Shown: one piece after another, positions 39,605 through 48,376 of the stretch
Position numbering within the stretch: the first letter of the stretch is position 1
Layout of the letters: the number at the start of each line of letters is the position of its first letter
From: Pseudomonadota bacterium
GTDB lineage: Bacteria; Desulfobacterota; Desulfobacteria; Desulfobacterales; RPRI01
DNA length: 55,363 bases
NCBI GenBank assembly: GCA_043825875.1
Contig: JBDRRF010000015.1
Location: 1-55,363, forward strand
Direction of reading: 5' to 3'
Notes under the pieces: generated by a model
Database searches by the model: none
Told to the model about the DNA's origin: nothing
Seen by the model: only the letters and a program-made list of their open reading frames with translations
Made by a program: the position numbers and the translations under genes

Positions 39605-40774
39605 ATGAAAAGATTTATTTCCCACTTATTGATTATATCGATTGTTTTTTTGCTGTTTCAATCGCCTATTTTAGCAGAATCTGCCGATTTCAGGAAAACT
39701 AAAATTGCTGTTCTTGACTTTCAGCTTCAGGGTGAGGGTTTTGAAACTCAGGATATGGGCTTAATCGTTGCGGAATGGTTTATTACAGCTCTTGTTAAGG
39801 CCGGGCGTTTTGAAGTTATCGAAAGAGGATTATTAAAAAAACTATTGGAAGAACAAAAGCTATCTATGACAGGCGTTGTTGATGCCACAACTGCTACACA
39901 GATAGGAAAGTTTCTCGGGGTTAAAACTATAATTAGCGGTTCTGTAATGAAACTGCAAGACGTAATTGAAATAAACGCAAGAATAATAGATGTGGAAACT
40001 GCTTCTATTATTGCAGCCGAAAATGTCAAAAGCTCAGCAGCTGTCAAGCTTCAGGATCTGGTTGTTCTGATGTCTGCTAAAATAATAAAAAACTTTCCAT
40101 TGGAGGGTTATATTGTAAACAAATCCGGTTCCAAAGTTACGATTGACTTAGGGCGTATGGCCGGTGTTAAAGATGATATGGAATTTTCGGTTTATAAAGA
40201 AGGTAAAGTAATCAAGCATCCCAAAACCGGTGCGGTAATCGATGTCCAGCGGATAGAAACAGGAAAAATAAAAATTACATCAATAAGGGATAAAATCGCA
40301 GAAGGGATAATTGTAAAAGAAGATTCTCCCGGTTCCATTTCCTATGGGCAGCTTGTCTGCAGTATAATGGGAAAGCTTCAACCGCTTGAACAAAGTGTGC
40401 CGCCCAGGGATAGAGCTTTCCAAAGCTCCCGATCATCAAGAAAATCTTCATCAAAGAAAGGCGAAAGCCCTGGCGATGTCGAAAGTATGCTTAAGTCTTC
40501 TAATTTGGAAGATAAAGAAGCAGCAGCAAAAATTGTTGCAAAACTTTACAGAAACGATCAGAGGATTCTTGATATAGTCAATGATGAACTGTTGAAAGGG
40601 TACAATGGCCCATCCAGTGACAGGCACTTCGTTAATTCTATGGCATGGCTTTGCAATGCGCTCGGGGCATCAGGAAATTCGAAATACAGATCAACTCTTG
40701 ACACTGTTTCAAGAAATGCGCCTAACAGAAAACTGAAAAAATATGCGAAAAAAAATCTGAGACGTCTCAGATAG
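39605..40774 (+). CDS. Exported CsgG/FlgO-like protein with FlgT-C-like domain and helical C-terminal tail
   Basis: Signal peptide; IAVLDF..F.VIER..L..LLEEQKL..G..D; INARIIDVET; IDLG...GV....F.VY.EG....HPKTG. Confidence 0.72.
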   Translation: MKRFISHLLIISIVFLLFQSPILAESADFRKTKIAVLDFQLQGEGFETQDMGLIVAEWFITALVKAGRFEVIERGLLKKLLEEQKLSMTGVVDATTATQIGKFLGVKTIISGSVMKLQDVIEINARIIDVETASIIAAENVKSSAAVKLQDLVVLMSAKIIKNFPLEGYIVNKSGSKVTIDLGRMAGVKDDMEFSVYKEGKVIKHPKTGAVIDVQRIETGKIKITSIRDKIAEGIIVKEDSPGSISYGQLVCSIMGKLQPLEQSVPPRDRAFQSSRSSRKSSSKKGESPGDVESMLKSSNLEDKEAAAKIVAKLYRNDQRILDIVNDELLKGYNGPSSDRHFVNSMAWLCNALGASGNSKYRSTLDTVSRNAPNRKLKKYAKKNLRRLR

Positions 40775-40805
40775 AGTTTTATATTATGATATAAGAGCAT
40801 ATATA

Positions 40806-42257
40806 TTGATATTTTTAAATCCAAAAAAAATTCTTCTTGTTCATCCTCTAGGTTACAAAAAAGAGTCAGCACGTAATGATATATCAAGAATAGCAAATAT
40901 CATTCCGCCTATAGGTCTTGCCGGAATAGCTGCCTATCTTGAAAATCGTAATATTTCCACATCCGTTATTGACTGCTATGCTGTACCCGATTCCGATCGT
41001 CTGATTCATGATTATGTGAGTATAGAAAAACCGGCTTATATTGGCTTAAGCTGTACTACCTCAACTTTTCTTGATGGGGTAAGGATAGCCAAAATGGCAA
41101 AAAAAATACTTCCGGAAACACAGGTTGTTTTCGGGGGAGCGCATGTATCCGCTCTTAAAGAAAGAGTACTTAAAGATTATCCTGTTATCGATTATGTTGT
41201 TGTTGGCGAAGGAGAGGAAACGCTTGCAGAACTTATAGAAAACGGCAGGGATGGTATCTCTTCTGTTATGGGCCTTATATACCGTGAAAAAACAGACGAT
41301 ATATGCTATACGGGCCGCAGAACAAATACTCTGGAACTTGATTTACTACCTTTTCCCGCATATGAAAAACTTGATGGTTTCCCTTTAGCTTACAGGGCGC
41401 CTTTATTTAATTATCCTAAGGCTCCAAGTTCAAGTTGTATCACTAGCCGTGGTTGCCCTTATGCATGCAGCTATTGTGACCGTTCGGTTTTTGGGCGTTC
41501 TTTCCGTTTTAACTCTGCTGAATACATGTATGAGCATGTGAGTTATCTTAATGAAAGATTTGGTGTCCGGCATATAATTTTCTACGATGATCAGTTCACT
41601 TTTAAAAGGGAACGGGTTGTGAATTTTACGAAAATGATGATTAACCGGCCGCTTAAATTATCCTTTAATTGCGTTGTCAGAGCAGAACATATAGATTACG
41701 ATCTTTTATTAATGTTAAAAGAGGCAGGATGCTGGATGATAAGCATTGGAATAGAAACAGGCGATGAAGAACTTTTATCTCAACATAGACAAAATGTTAA
41801 CTTATCTTTTCTGTCGGAAAAGATAAGGCTGATAAAAAAAGCGGGGATTCGTACAAAAGGACTTTTTATGATAGGACTTCCCGGTGAAACGGAAGCAGCT
41901 GTTAATAAAAGTATGGAATATGTATTTTCAAACCCGATAGATGAATTGAATATAGCAAAGTTTACTCCGTTTCCGGGTTCGCCGATTTACGAAAACATAC
42001 ATGAACTGGGCGAATTCAATGAAGATTGGGAACTGATGGACTGCATGAATTTTCTTTTTATACCACATGGTATGACAAAAGATAAGCTTGAAGAGCTTTT
42101 TAAAGAATTTTACAGAAAACACTTTATGCGGCCCAAAATTTTACTTGAATATACAAGTATGCTGTGGCGTTCACCCGACAGCTGGCAAAGATTTATGCGA
42201 AATCTGCCTGATTTTATCAAGTTTGTTATAAGTAATAAAAGACTTGGAAAACCATAG
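40806..42257 (+). CDS. B12-binding-domain radical SAM protein
   Basis: PPIGL, GGAHV, SRGCPYACSYC. Confidence 0.92.
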   Translation: MIFLNPKKILLVHPLGYKKESARNDISRIANIIPPIGLAGIAAYLENRNISTSVIDCYAVPDSDRLIHDYVSIEKPAYIGLSCTTSTFLDGVRIAKMAKKILPETQVVFGGAHVSALKERVLKDYPVIDYVVVGEGEETLAELIENGRDGISSVMGLIYREKTDDICYTGRRTNTLELDLLPFPAYEKLDGFPLAYRAPLFNYPKAPSSSCITSRGCPYACSYCDRSVFGRSFRFNSAEYMYEHVSYLNERFGVRHIIFYDDQFTFKRERVVNFTKMMINRPLKLSFNCVVRAEHIDYDLLLMLKEAGCWMISIGIETGDEELLSQHRQNVNLSFLSEKIRLIKKAGIRTKGLFMIGLPGETEAAVNKSMEYVFSNPIDELNIAKFTPFPGSPIYENIHELGEFNEDWELMDCMNFLFIPHGMTKDKLEELFKEFYRKHFMRPKILLEYTSMLWRSPDSWQRFMRNLPDFIKFVISNKRLGKP

Positions 42258-42265
42258 GGGAGAAA

Positions 42266-43126
42266 ATGAATATTAAATATTTTATAATCTATTGCTCACC
42301 ATCAGGCACTACCGAACATGTTGCAAAACATATTGAAAAAACATTGAAAGGGCTTGATGTAGATGTTTTTTTAAGAGACGTAGGCAAAGAAAATGACCGG
42401 CTTTTTGTACTGGATCAGATTAAAGCAGCCCAGGATAAAGCAACTAATGACGAGATATGCCTGTATGTAGGAACTCCTGTTTATGGCGGGCATGCGGTTT
42501 TGCCGACTATTACTTTTCTCAAAAAACTTTGTGAATCAAAGAACTGTTTTGCAGTTCCCTTTGTAACATGGGGAGGAGTTTGCAGTGGGGTTGCCCTCTG
42601 GGAAATGGGTAAAAAATTGCTTGAAAAAGGCTATAATCTTGCTGCGGCTTTAAAAGTGGGAGCAGTTCACTCAATGTTATGGCAATCCAAGAACCCGGTA
42701 TGTCAGGGCCATCCTGATATCGATGATGATAAAATTGTTAATAAGCTTGTTGCAAAAGTTCACAAGGGCTTGTCGGAAAGTAATTTGCAATATTTACAGC
42801 TACAGGAACTCGACTACCAGCCCGAAATGCTTGGGGCGGAGTTGAAGAAAACTACAACCGAAACACTCATGCAAATCCTTCCGAAAAGAACAGTAAACGA
42901 AGAAAAATGCACTCAATGCGGCATATGCGAACAAGAATGTCCTTCAGATGCAATTGATATGGCTCCGTATCCGGTATTTGGAAAAGACTGTTTTGGTTGC
43001 TTTAACTGTGTCAGGCTTTGCCCTGAAAACGCTATAGAAGCCGATCTTTCTGTTATTAAGGAACATATCAAGAAAAGAAAAGAATCCATAAATGAAGTTC
43101 CTTTAACCAAGGCTTTTTTGGGATAG
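42266..43126 (+). CDS. EFR1-type flavodoxin-like/4Fe-4S ferredoxin
   Basis: SPSGTT flavodoxin loop; CTQCGICEQECP; CFGCFNCVRLCP. Confidence 0.88.
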   Translation: MNIKYFIIYCSPSGTTEHVAKHIEKTLKGLDVDVFLRDVGKENDRLFVLDQIKAAQDKATNDEICLYVGTPVYGGHAVLPTITFLKKLCESKNCFAVPFVTWGGVCSGVALWEMGKKLLEKGYNLAAALKVGAVHSMLWQSKNPVCQGHPDIDDDKIVNKLVAKVHKGLSESNLQYLQLQELDYQPEMLGAELKKTTTETLMQILPKRTVNEEKCTQCGICEQECPSDAIDMAPYPVFGKDCFGCFNCVRLCPENAIEADLSVIKEHIKKRKESINEVPLTKAFLG

Positions 43127-43152
43127 AAGATAAAAAAAATAGATATTAAACA

Positions 43153-44154
43153 ATGCATATCGACGATCTGATAAAAAAAACACAATCAGGCGAAGTGCTG
43201 TCACGAGAAGAACTCGTTTATCTGTTGAGTCTATCGCCGGATTCTGCTGAAACTTATATGGCAATGGCTGAGGCAAATCGTGTTTCTAAAGAGCTGTCGG
43301 GAGGCAAAGCCGAAGTCCATGCTCAATTTGCAATCAATCTTGCACCGTGTGCTTGTGACTGCCTATTCTGCTCTTTTGCAAAGATCAATGGTGTATTCAC
43401 TGAAGCAACAGAGCTTTCGCCTGAGCAGGCTGTGGCATATACCCGTCAGTTTGAGATTGATGGCGCAAACGCTGTGTACATGATGTCAACGGCCAATTAC
43501 TCTTTTGAACGCTTCCTTGAAATGTCTGTGGAAGTAAGAAAAAATCTGAAACCGGAAACAACATTGATTGCTAATGTTGGCGACCAGTCTTATAAAAATG
43601 CTTTACGGTTAAAAGATGCGGGCTTTTCCGGCGTGTATCATGCTGTCCGTATGCGCGAGGGAAAGGATACTACTCTTTCAGTAGACAAGAGAAAAAAGAG
43701 TATAAAAAACTTTGAGGAAGCCGGTCTTGGAGTGGGCACATGCGTTGAACCGGTGGGGCCGGAACACACAAACGAGGAGTTAGCCGATATGATAGAATTT
43801 ACAGCTTCCTTCAATCCTTCATTTAGTGGTGCAGCCAGAAGAATTCCCATACCCGGAACCGGGATGGCAAAACTCGGTGTAATAAATGAAATGCGTATGG
43901 CTCAAATAGTTGCTGTCACAAGATTGGGAATGCCGCGATCCGTTATGGGAAATTGTACACATGAGCCTTGCACACTGGGAGCAATAGCCGGGGCAAATCT
44001 TTTCTGGGCGGAAGTCGGCGCTAATCCAAGAGATGTTGAGGAGAAGACGGAAGAGGGCAGGGGAGAAAGCGTTAGCAGTTGCAGAACTATTTACCAGGAA
44101 AGTAATTGGGATGTATGGAACGGCCCGTCACGCTATTATAATCGAATTAAATAA
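43153..44154 (+). CDS. Radical SAM protein (BioB-like fold)
   Basis: CACDCLFC; AGAN near the C-terminus. Confidence 0.85.
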   Translation: MHIDDLIKKTQSGEVLSREELVYLLSLSPDSAETYMAMAEANRVSKELSGGKAEVHAQFAINLAPCACDCLFCSFAKINGVFTEATELSPEQAVAYTRQFEIDGANAVYMMSTANYSFERFLEMSVEVRKNLKPETTLIANVGDQSYKNALRLKDAGFSGVYHAVRMREGKDTTLSVDKRKKSIKNFEEAGLGVGTCVEPVGPEHTNEELADMIEFTASFNPSFSGAARRIPIPGTGMAKLGVINEMRMAQIVAVTRLGMPRSVMGNCTHEPCTLGAIAGANLFWAEVGANPRDVEEKTEEGRGESVSSCRTIYQESNWDVWNGPSRYYNRIK

Positions 44155-44208
44155 AATGAACATGGAACAAGATTAAAGAAAGCCGTGTGGCTGATTCAAA
44201 AAAAGTCC

Positions 44209-44361
44209 CTATTCTTGTAGTTCTTCTTCAGTTTGATCGGTTTCAACTTGATCGGTTTCAACCATCTTTTTTTCCATCTTGCTCTGCCTTTTTTCCTCTT
44301 TCTTTTTTTTCTTATCTATTTCTTTCTGATATTTCTGGAACTTGTAATTAGATCTTGCCAT
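44209..44361 (-). CDS. Small highly charged 50-aa protein not in the ORF track
   Basis: AGAAAGGA RBS, then MARSNYKFQKYQKEIDKKKKKEEKRQSKMEKKMVETDQVETDQTEEELQE*. Confidence 0.7.
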   Translation of the reverse strand: MARSNYKFQKYQKEIDKKKKKEEKRQSKMEKKMVETDQVETDQTEEELQE

Positions 44362-44442
44362 GGCATTTCCTTTCTGGTCGCTTGCCAAATCAATAATATT
44401 ATTGATGACAGTGTAAAGAATTCTAGCTGTTAAGCAACCATT

Positions 44443-44480
44443 AAAAAAAAGGCACCCCCAATTTCACAGGAGATGCCTTT
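44443..44480 (-). terminator. Intrinsic terminator of csp
   Basis: AAAGGCATCTCC-loop-GGGGGTGCC followed by T8 on the minus strand. Confidence 0.8.
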
Positions 44481-44498
44481 AATTGTCTTAAATACAGG

Positions 44499-44699
44499 TT
44501 AGGCGATGGTTACATTTGCAGCAGCCGGACCTTTTGCTCCTTGCTCGATGTCAAAAGTCACGTGCGAACCTTCACTAAGAGACTTAAAACCGGTGGCATT
44601 GATTGCGCTATGATGCACAAATACATCCGGTCCGTTATCCTGTTCGATGAATCCAAAACCTTTTTGGTCGTTAAACCACTTAACAATTCCGTTTGTCAT
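44499..44699 (-). CDS. cspA: Cold-shock protein (CspA family), 66 aa
   Basis: [22 protein letters not shown]; start ATG 44699 behind AGGAGG. Confidence 0.95.
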   Translation of the reverse strand: MTNGIVKWFNDQKGFGFIEQDNGPDVFVHHSAINATGFKSLSEGSHVTFDIEQGAKGPAAANVTIA

Positions 44700-44825
44700 A
44701 ATATTATCCTCCTTTCCAAAAATTTCAACGTTACAAGCTGAAGGATAATAGCGTTTAAATAAACGGATAATTCCCGCAGAGAGAAACCCTCCCACTAATT
44801 TGCGACAGGATTTAATTGATACTGT

Positions 44826-44854
44826 ATAATAAGCATGTTTACTTATAATAGCAA
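44826..44854 (-). promoter_or_regulatory. Probable sigma70 promoter of csp, implying a ~120-nt 5'UTR
   Basis: TTGCTA-N17-TATTAT. Confidence 0.5.
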
Positions 44855-44985
44855 GCTAAATTATTATTATTTTTTAATATATTAATAAAGCAGCGTTATT
44901 CACAGGGTTTTTCAGACTGCTTAGCTTTTTGTTGGAGCATCTTGCAGGCAAATTATCCAATAACAGCGGTTGTAGAAATACTATT

Positions 44986-45150
44986 GAGCCAGTTTCAAAA
45001 CGCCCCATTTTGGCCGATCTTAAGTGTTGGGCTCAAATTTCGCACGAAGTGAAGCTTTAGCGCTATCCTCGAAATACTCTATGTATTCCTGTGGCTGAAA
45101 TTTTCTCCCGCCTTGAGCTTGACCAAACTGAAACGTTTTGAAAGTGGCTC
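44986..45150. mobile_element. MITE copy 3 (165 bp, with internal insertion)
   Basis: Same TIRs; flanking direct repeat TATT; extra 23-mer at 45042-45064. Confidence 0.9.
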
Positions 45151-45195
45151 TATTCCGATGACTTATCGAGGAAGAAGTGTGCTTCCAATACCAGG

Positions 45196-45468
45196 TTACT
45201 TATGTATGCCCGACCGAATGCGCTCTAAGGCTTTCTCGATGGGCTGAGGATCAATTTGTCGCATAAGAACTCCGATATACTGAATCTGTCTGCGCCGGGC
45301 ACCATGGCTTTTTATTTTGCGTACCGATTTAATAGCAGCAAGAAGCTCTTCGGGTAGATCCATGCTCTCAATCTGGCTGAAAGGCAGAGCGACCAACTGT
45401 TCGCCAAGGCGCTGTAATGCCCTGTCTTCATTTTTTTTCTGTGTTCTGCTTTTATATTCCGTATCCAT
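45196..45468 (-). CDS. yjgA: Short YjgA/DarP (DUF615)-like ribosome-associated protein
   Basis: SRTQKK....LQ.LGEQL, L..AI.....I.SHGARRRQIQYIG.LMR. Confidence 0.8.
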   Translation of the reverse strand: MDTEYKSRTQKKNEDRALQRLGEQLVALPFSQIESMDLPEELLAAIKSVRKIKSHGARRRQIQYIGVLMRQIDPQPIEKALERIRSGIHK

Positions 45469-45676
45469 TTTACAGACCTGCTTCTTTATGTCTATAATTC
45501 AGTTGATTTTACACTTAAAGTCTTGCAATGTATTTTAATGCGCCAAGGAAATGTTTTATCCATATATATAACAACTAATACTGCAAAAGGTTTAAAATGA
45601 GCAAGAAATATCTCCAACATTCTTTTCGTCCCCGACTGATACCAGGCTGCATCCAAATTCGTATGATACGAAAGCG

Positions 45677-46879
45677 GTGAAAATGGTACCAGCCAATCGG
45701 ATCAAATGCATCAGAAGAAAAAAGCGGCAATCAACAACGGTATATCAGTATCAAAAGGATTGCCGTTATCTTGCCCAGATAGCCGATGGCTTAAAAGAAG
45801 CCGGCGCAAAGGAACTATCTGAACTCGGTGCCGAAGATATCAGTCCTGATTACAGCGGAGTTTATTTCACTGCCGACAAGTCAACCCTTTATCGAATTAA
45901 TTATCAGACAAGGATTATTTCACGCTGTCTTGCTCCTTTAATATCATATGCTTGCAATGATACCGATACGCTTTATCAGAAAGCCAAACAGATAGAGTGG
46001 GAAGATTTTATATCTTCCGGCAATACCTTTGCCGTATCAGCAAATGTATCCAACAGCGCTATTTCGCATTCAAAGTACGCGGCCCTGCGCCTTAAAGATG
46101 CAATTGCAGATTATTTCAAAGAAAAAACCGGCATGCGCCCGGATGTGTCGGTAAGTAATCCAGATATACAGCTTAACCTTAATATCAGAAACAATGAAGC
46201 AGTAATAAGATTCGATACTTCAGGCAGTGCACTTCACAGAAGAGGATACAGAGAAGAAACCGTTTCGGCTCCTATGCAGGAAACTGTGGCTGCCGCAATT
46301 ATCATGCTTAGTAAATGGGACGGTTCTTATCCTTTATATGATCCTATGTGCGGTTCGGGAACTCTTTTGTGTGAAGCGCTCATGCATTATAGTAAAATTC
46401 CTGCCGGTATTTTCAGGAATCGATTCGGTTTTGAATTTTTGCCCGATTTTGACAACTCTGTCTGGAAGCAGGTAAAAAAAGAGGCAGACGGTCACATCAT
46501 AGAATTGCCGAAAGGACTGATTACTGGAAGTGATGTGTCTGCGGAAGCTGTCAGCATGTCGCAAACAAACCTGATGGGGCTTCATTACGGAAAGAATGTA
46601 AGCATTGAAAGATCAGACTTTAGAAAACTGCCATCCCTTGAGAATCATGTCATTGTTGCCAATCCACCTTACGGCATCCGAATGGGAAAAGACGAGAACC
46701 TTAAAATATTTTATAAAGATCTTGGTGATTTTTTAAAACAAAAATGCAAAGGCTCGAATGCTTTTATTTTTTTTGGAGATAGAAAGTATATCAAAGACAT
46801 CGGGCTGGAAGCATCATGGAAAAAACCGGTCAAAGCCGGCGGCCTTGACGGCAGGCTGGTTAAATACGAGCTGTACTAA
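45677..46879 (+). CDS. THUMP-domain RNA methyltransferase (RlmL-like)
   Basis: LHRRGYR, APMQETVAA, DPMCGSGT, NPPYG. Confidence 0.9.
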   Translation: MKMVPANRIKCIRRKKRQSTTVYQYQKDCRYLAQIADGLKEAGAKELSELGAEDISPDYSGVYFTADKSTLYRINYQTRIISRCLAPLISYACNDTDTLYQKAKQIEWEDFISSGNTFAVSANVSNSAISHSKYAALRLKDAIADYFKEKTGMRPDVSVSNPDIQLNLNIRNNEAVIRFDTSGSALHRRGYREETVSAPMQETVAAAIIMLSKWDGSYPLYDPMCGSGTLLCEALMHYSKIPAGIFRNRFGFEFLPDFDNSVWKQVKKEADGHIIELPKGLITGSDVSAEAVSMSQTNLMGLHYGKNVSIERSDFRKLPSLENHVIVANPPYGIRMGKDENLKIFYKDLGDFLKQKCKGSNAFIFFGDRKYIKDIGLEASWKKPVKAGGLDGRLVKYELY

Positions 46880-46885
46880 TAATAA

Positions 46886-46922
46886 AAAAGCGGGCTCGCA
46901 AAAAGATTGCGAACCCGCTTTT
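46886..46922. terminator. Bidirectional intrinsic terminator
   Basis: AAAAGCGGGCTCGCAA-loop-TTGCGAACCCGCTTTT between convergent genes. Confidence 0.8.
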
Positions 46923-46965
46923 CAAATCAAAAAAAACCACCCTGAATTCTTAGTGTATTATGAAA

Positions 46966-47415
46966 TCATCCCTTGCCTGACCCGTCTTTTAAACGATCCT
47001 GGTCTCTTAAACGATCCTGGCTTCTTGTACGACTTTGGGTTCTCGTGGCAGCAAATAATTTACCGGCATTGCTATCTGTGAAATCCTGGCAGGAATCATC
47101 CATTAAACGATCCTGATCTTTGGTACGATCACTGATTCTGTCGGCAGCATAGAGTTCTCCGATATGATTATCTGTAAAATCTGTCTGACAGGAGCCGTCC
47201 TTTAAGCGATCCTGGTCTTTGTCACGATCACGGGTTTGGTCGGCAGCATAGAGTTCTCCGATATGATTATCTGTTAAATCTGTCTGACAGGAACCGTCCT
47301 TTAAACGATCCTGGTCTTTGGTACCATCACGATCCTGATCCCCGGCAATAACAATACTTGCACTGCAGAAAAGAACAACCAATACTAAAATTGCTGACTT
47401 ACGCCAAATTGACAT
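46966..47415 (-). CDS. Secreted protein with 33-aa tandem repeats (DQDRLKDGSC motif)
   Basis: Signal peptide ending in VIA; 99-bp DNA repeats; AGGAGGAG RBS. Confidence 0.85.
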   Translation of the reverse strand: MSIWRKSAILVLVVLFCSASIVIAGDQDRDGTKDQDRLKDGSCQTDLTDNHIGELYAADQTRDRDKDQDRLKDGSCQTDFTDNHIGELYAADRISDRTKDQDRLMDDSCQDFTDSNAGKLFAATRTQSRTRSQDRLRDQDRLKDGSGKG

Positions 47416-47514
47416 GACTCTCCTCCTTTTTGTTAAAATTAGATTTGTTTTTTTACGTAATTTTCACTCCCGGAATAAAAATAAATGATAATATAAATTG
47501 TCGTTTCATAATGG

Positions 47515-47542
47515 TTTACGTTCGACGGCAAAGAAGGTCACA
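47515..47542 (-). promoter_or_regulatory. Possible ECF-sigma promoter
   Basis: TGTGAC-N16-CGTAAA, ~100 bp upstream of 47415. Confidence 0.35.
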
Positions 47543-47910
47543 ATATTTTTAAGACTGACATAAATAATATGATTAAATATATTATGCCTTGCGGCTTTCT
47601 TGTTTGTTATTTCTTGATATATCAATAAATCAACGCTATTTGCAGGCCTTCTCAATAGCATCGATAGATAATCGGGACTGGTCTCAATTTATCTTCTTTC
47701 AAATATTACCAGTTTTTTGGCTTATAAAAAAATCATGATTATTTTCTAATAAAGTCTGAAAGGATCGGGCATCTGCTTTTATGGTGCATATATCAAATGT
47801 CATAAATATGTCCTGCTTGGATATGAGTACGTATCTAAAAAATTACAACTTGATTCGGAACATTATTTTGACAAACGTTATATCTGAAACAGACGATAAG
47901 GAGGTAAAAT

Positions 47911-48246
47911 ATGGAAAACAATCTAAAGAAAATCCTGACTCTTATTGGTGAGGAATATAAAGATAAAATTTTTGCGGATTCCGGTTATTATCTTGAGGTA
48001 GATATCGGCAAACAAGCTGAAAAACTGGGGTATGATGATTTAAAAAATAAATACCAACGTGTTGGTATAGTGGTTCCTATAAAGATGCCCGAAGCTGGCA
48101 TGAAAGTAATGATAGACGGCAGAACTTTTGTTCGGTACGCCCAGTTTGATTCTGGAATTGCAAGTCCCGAATATATTGCAAAAGAAGCCGAAATGGCTTA
48201 TAAACCTTATGTGCCTAAGGAAAGCATGGTCCTTAATTTTGCATGA
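47911..48246 (+). CDS. Hypothetical protein
   Basis: 111-aa ORF with AGGAGG RBS. Confidence 0.75.
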   Translation: MENNLKKILTLIGEEYKDKIFADSGYYLEVDIGKQAEKLGYDDLKNKYQRVGIVVPIKMPEAGMKVMIDGRTFVRYAQFDSGIASPEYIAKEAEMAYKPYVPKESMVLNFA

Positions 48247-48299
48247 TGCATGACAATTTTATGCTCAATTCAGGATTTCTTTTGTCATACAAAAACATC

Positions 48300-48340
48300 C
48301 CCGGCCAAAAAGCATACCACTTCTTTTGGGCCGGGCTTTT
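48300..48340. terminator. Putative terminator between convergent genes
   Basis: CCCGGCCAAAAAG...CTTTTGGGCCGGG then CTTTT. Confidence 0.55.
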
Positions 48341-48376
48341 CATGAAATAATCTATCCTGCTTAAGCTATCTTTTAC

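Noticed and set aside
44233..44433. 66-aa hydrophobic + strand ORF
   Set aside because: Antisense shadow of the Lys/Glu-rich 50-aa minus-strand gene, which has the RBS
45597..45680. 27-codon uORF overlapping the RlmL-like start
   Set aside because: No RBS or distinctive composition; likely incidental
47000..47340. 99-bp repeats as a possible CRISPR array
   Set aside because: Whole units are repeated and translate as a protein repeat
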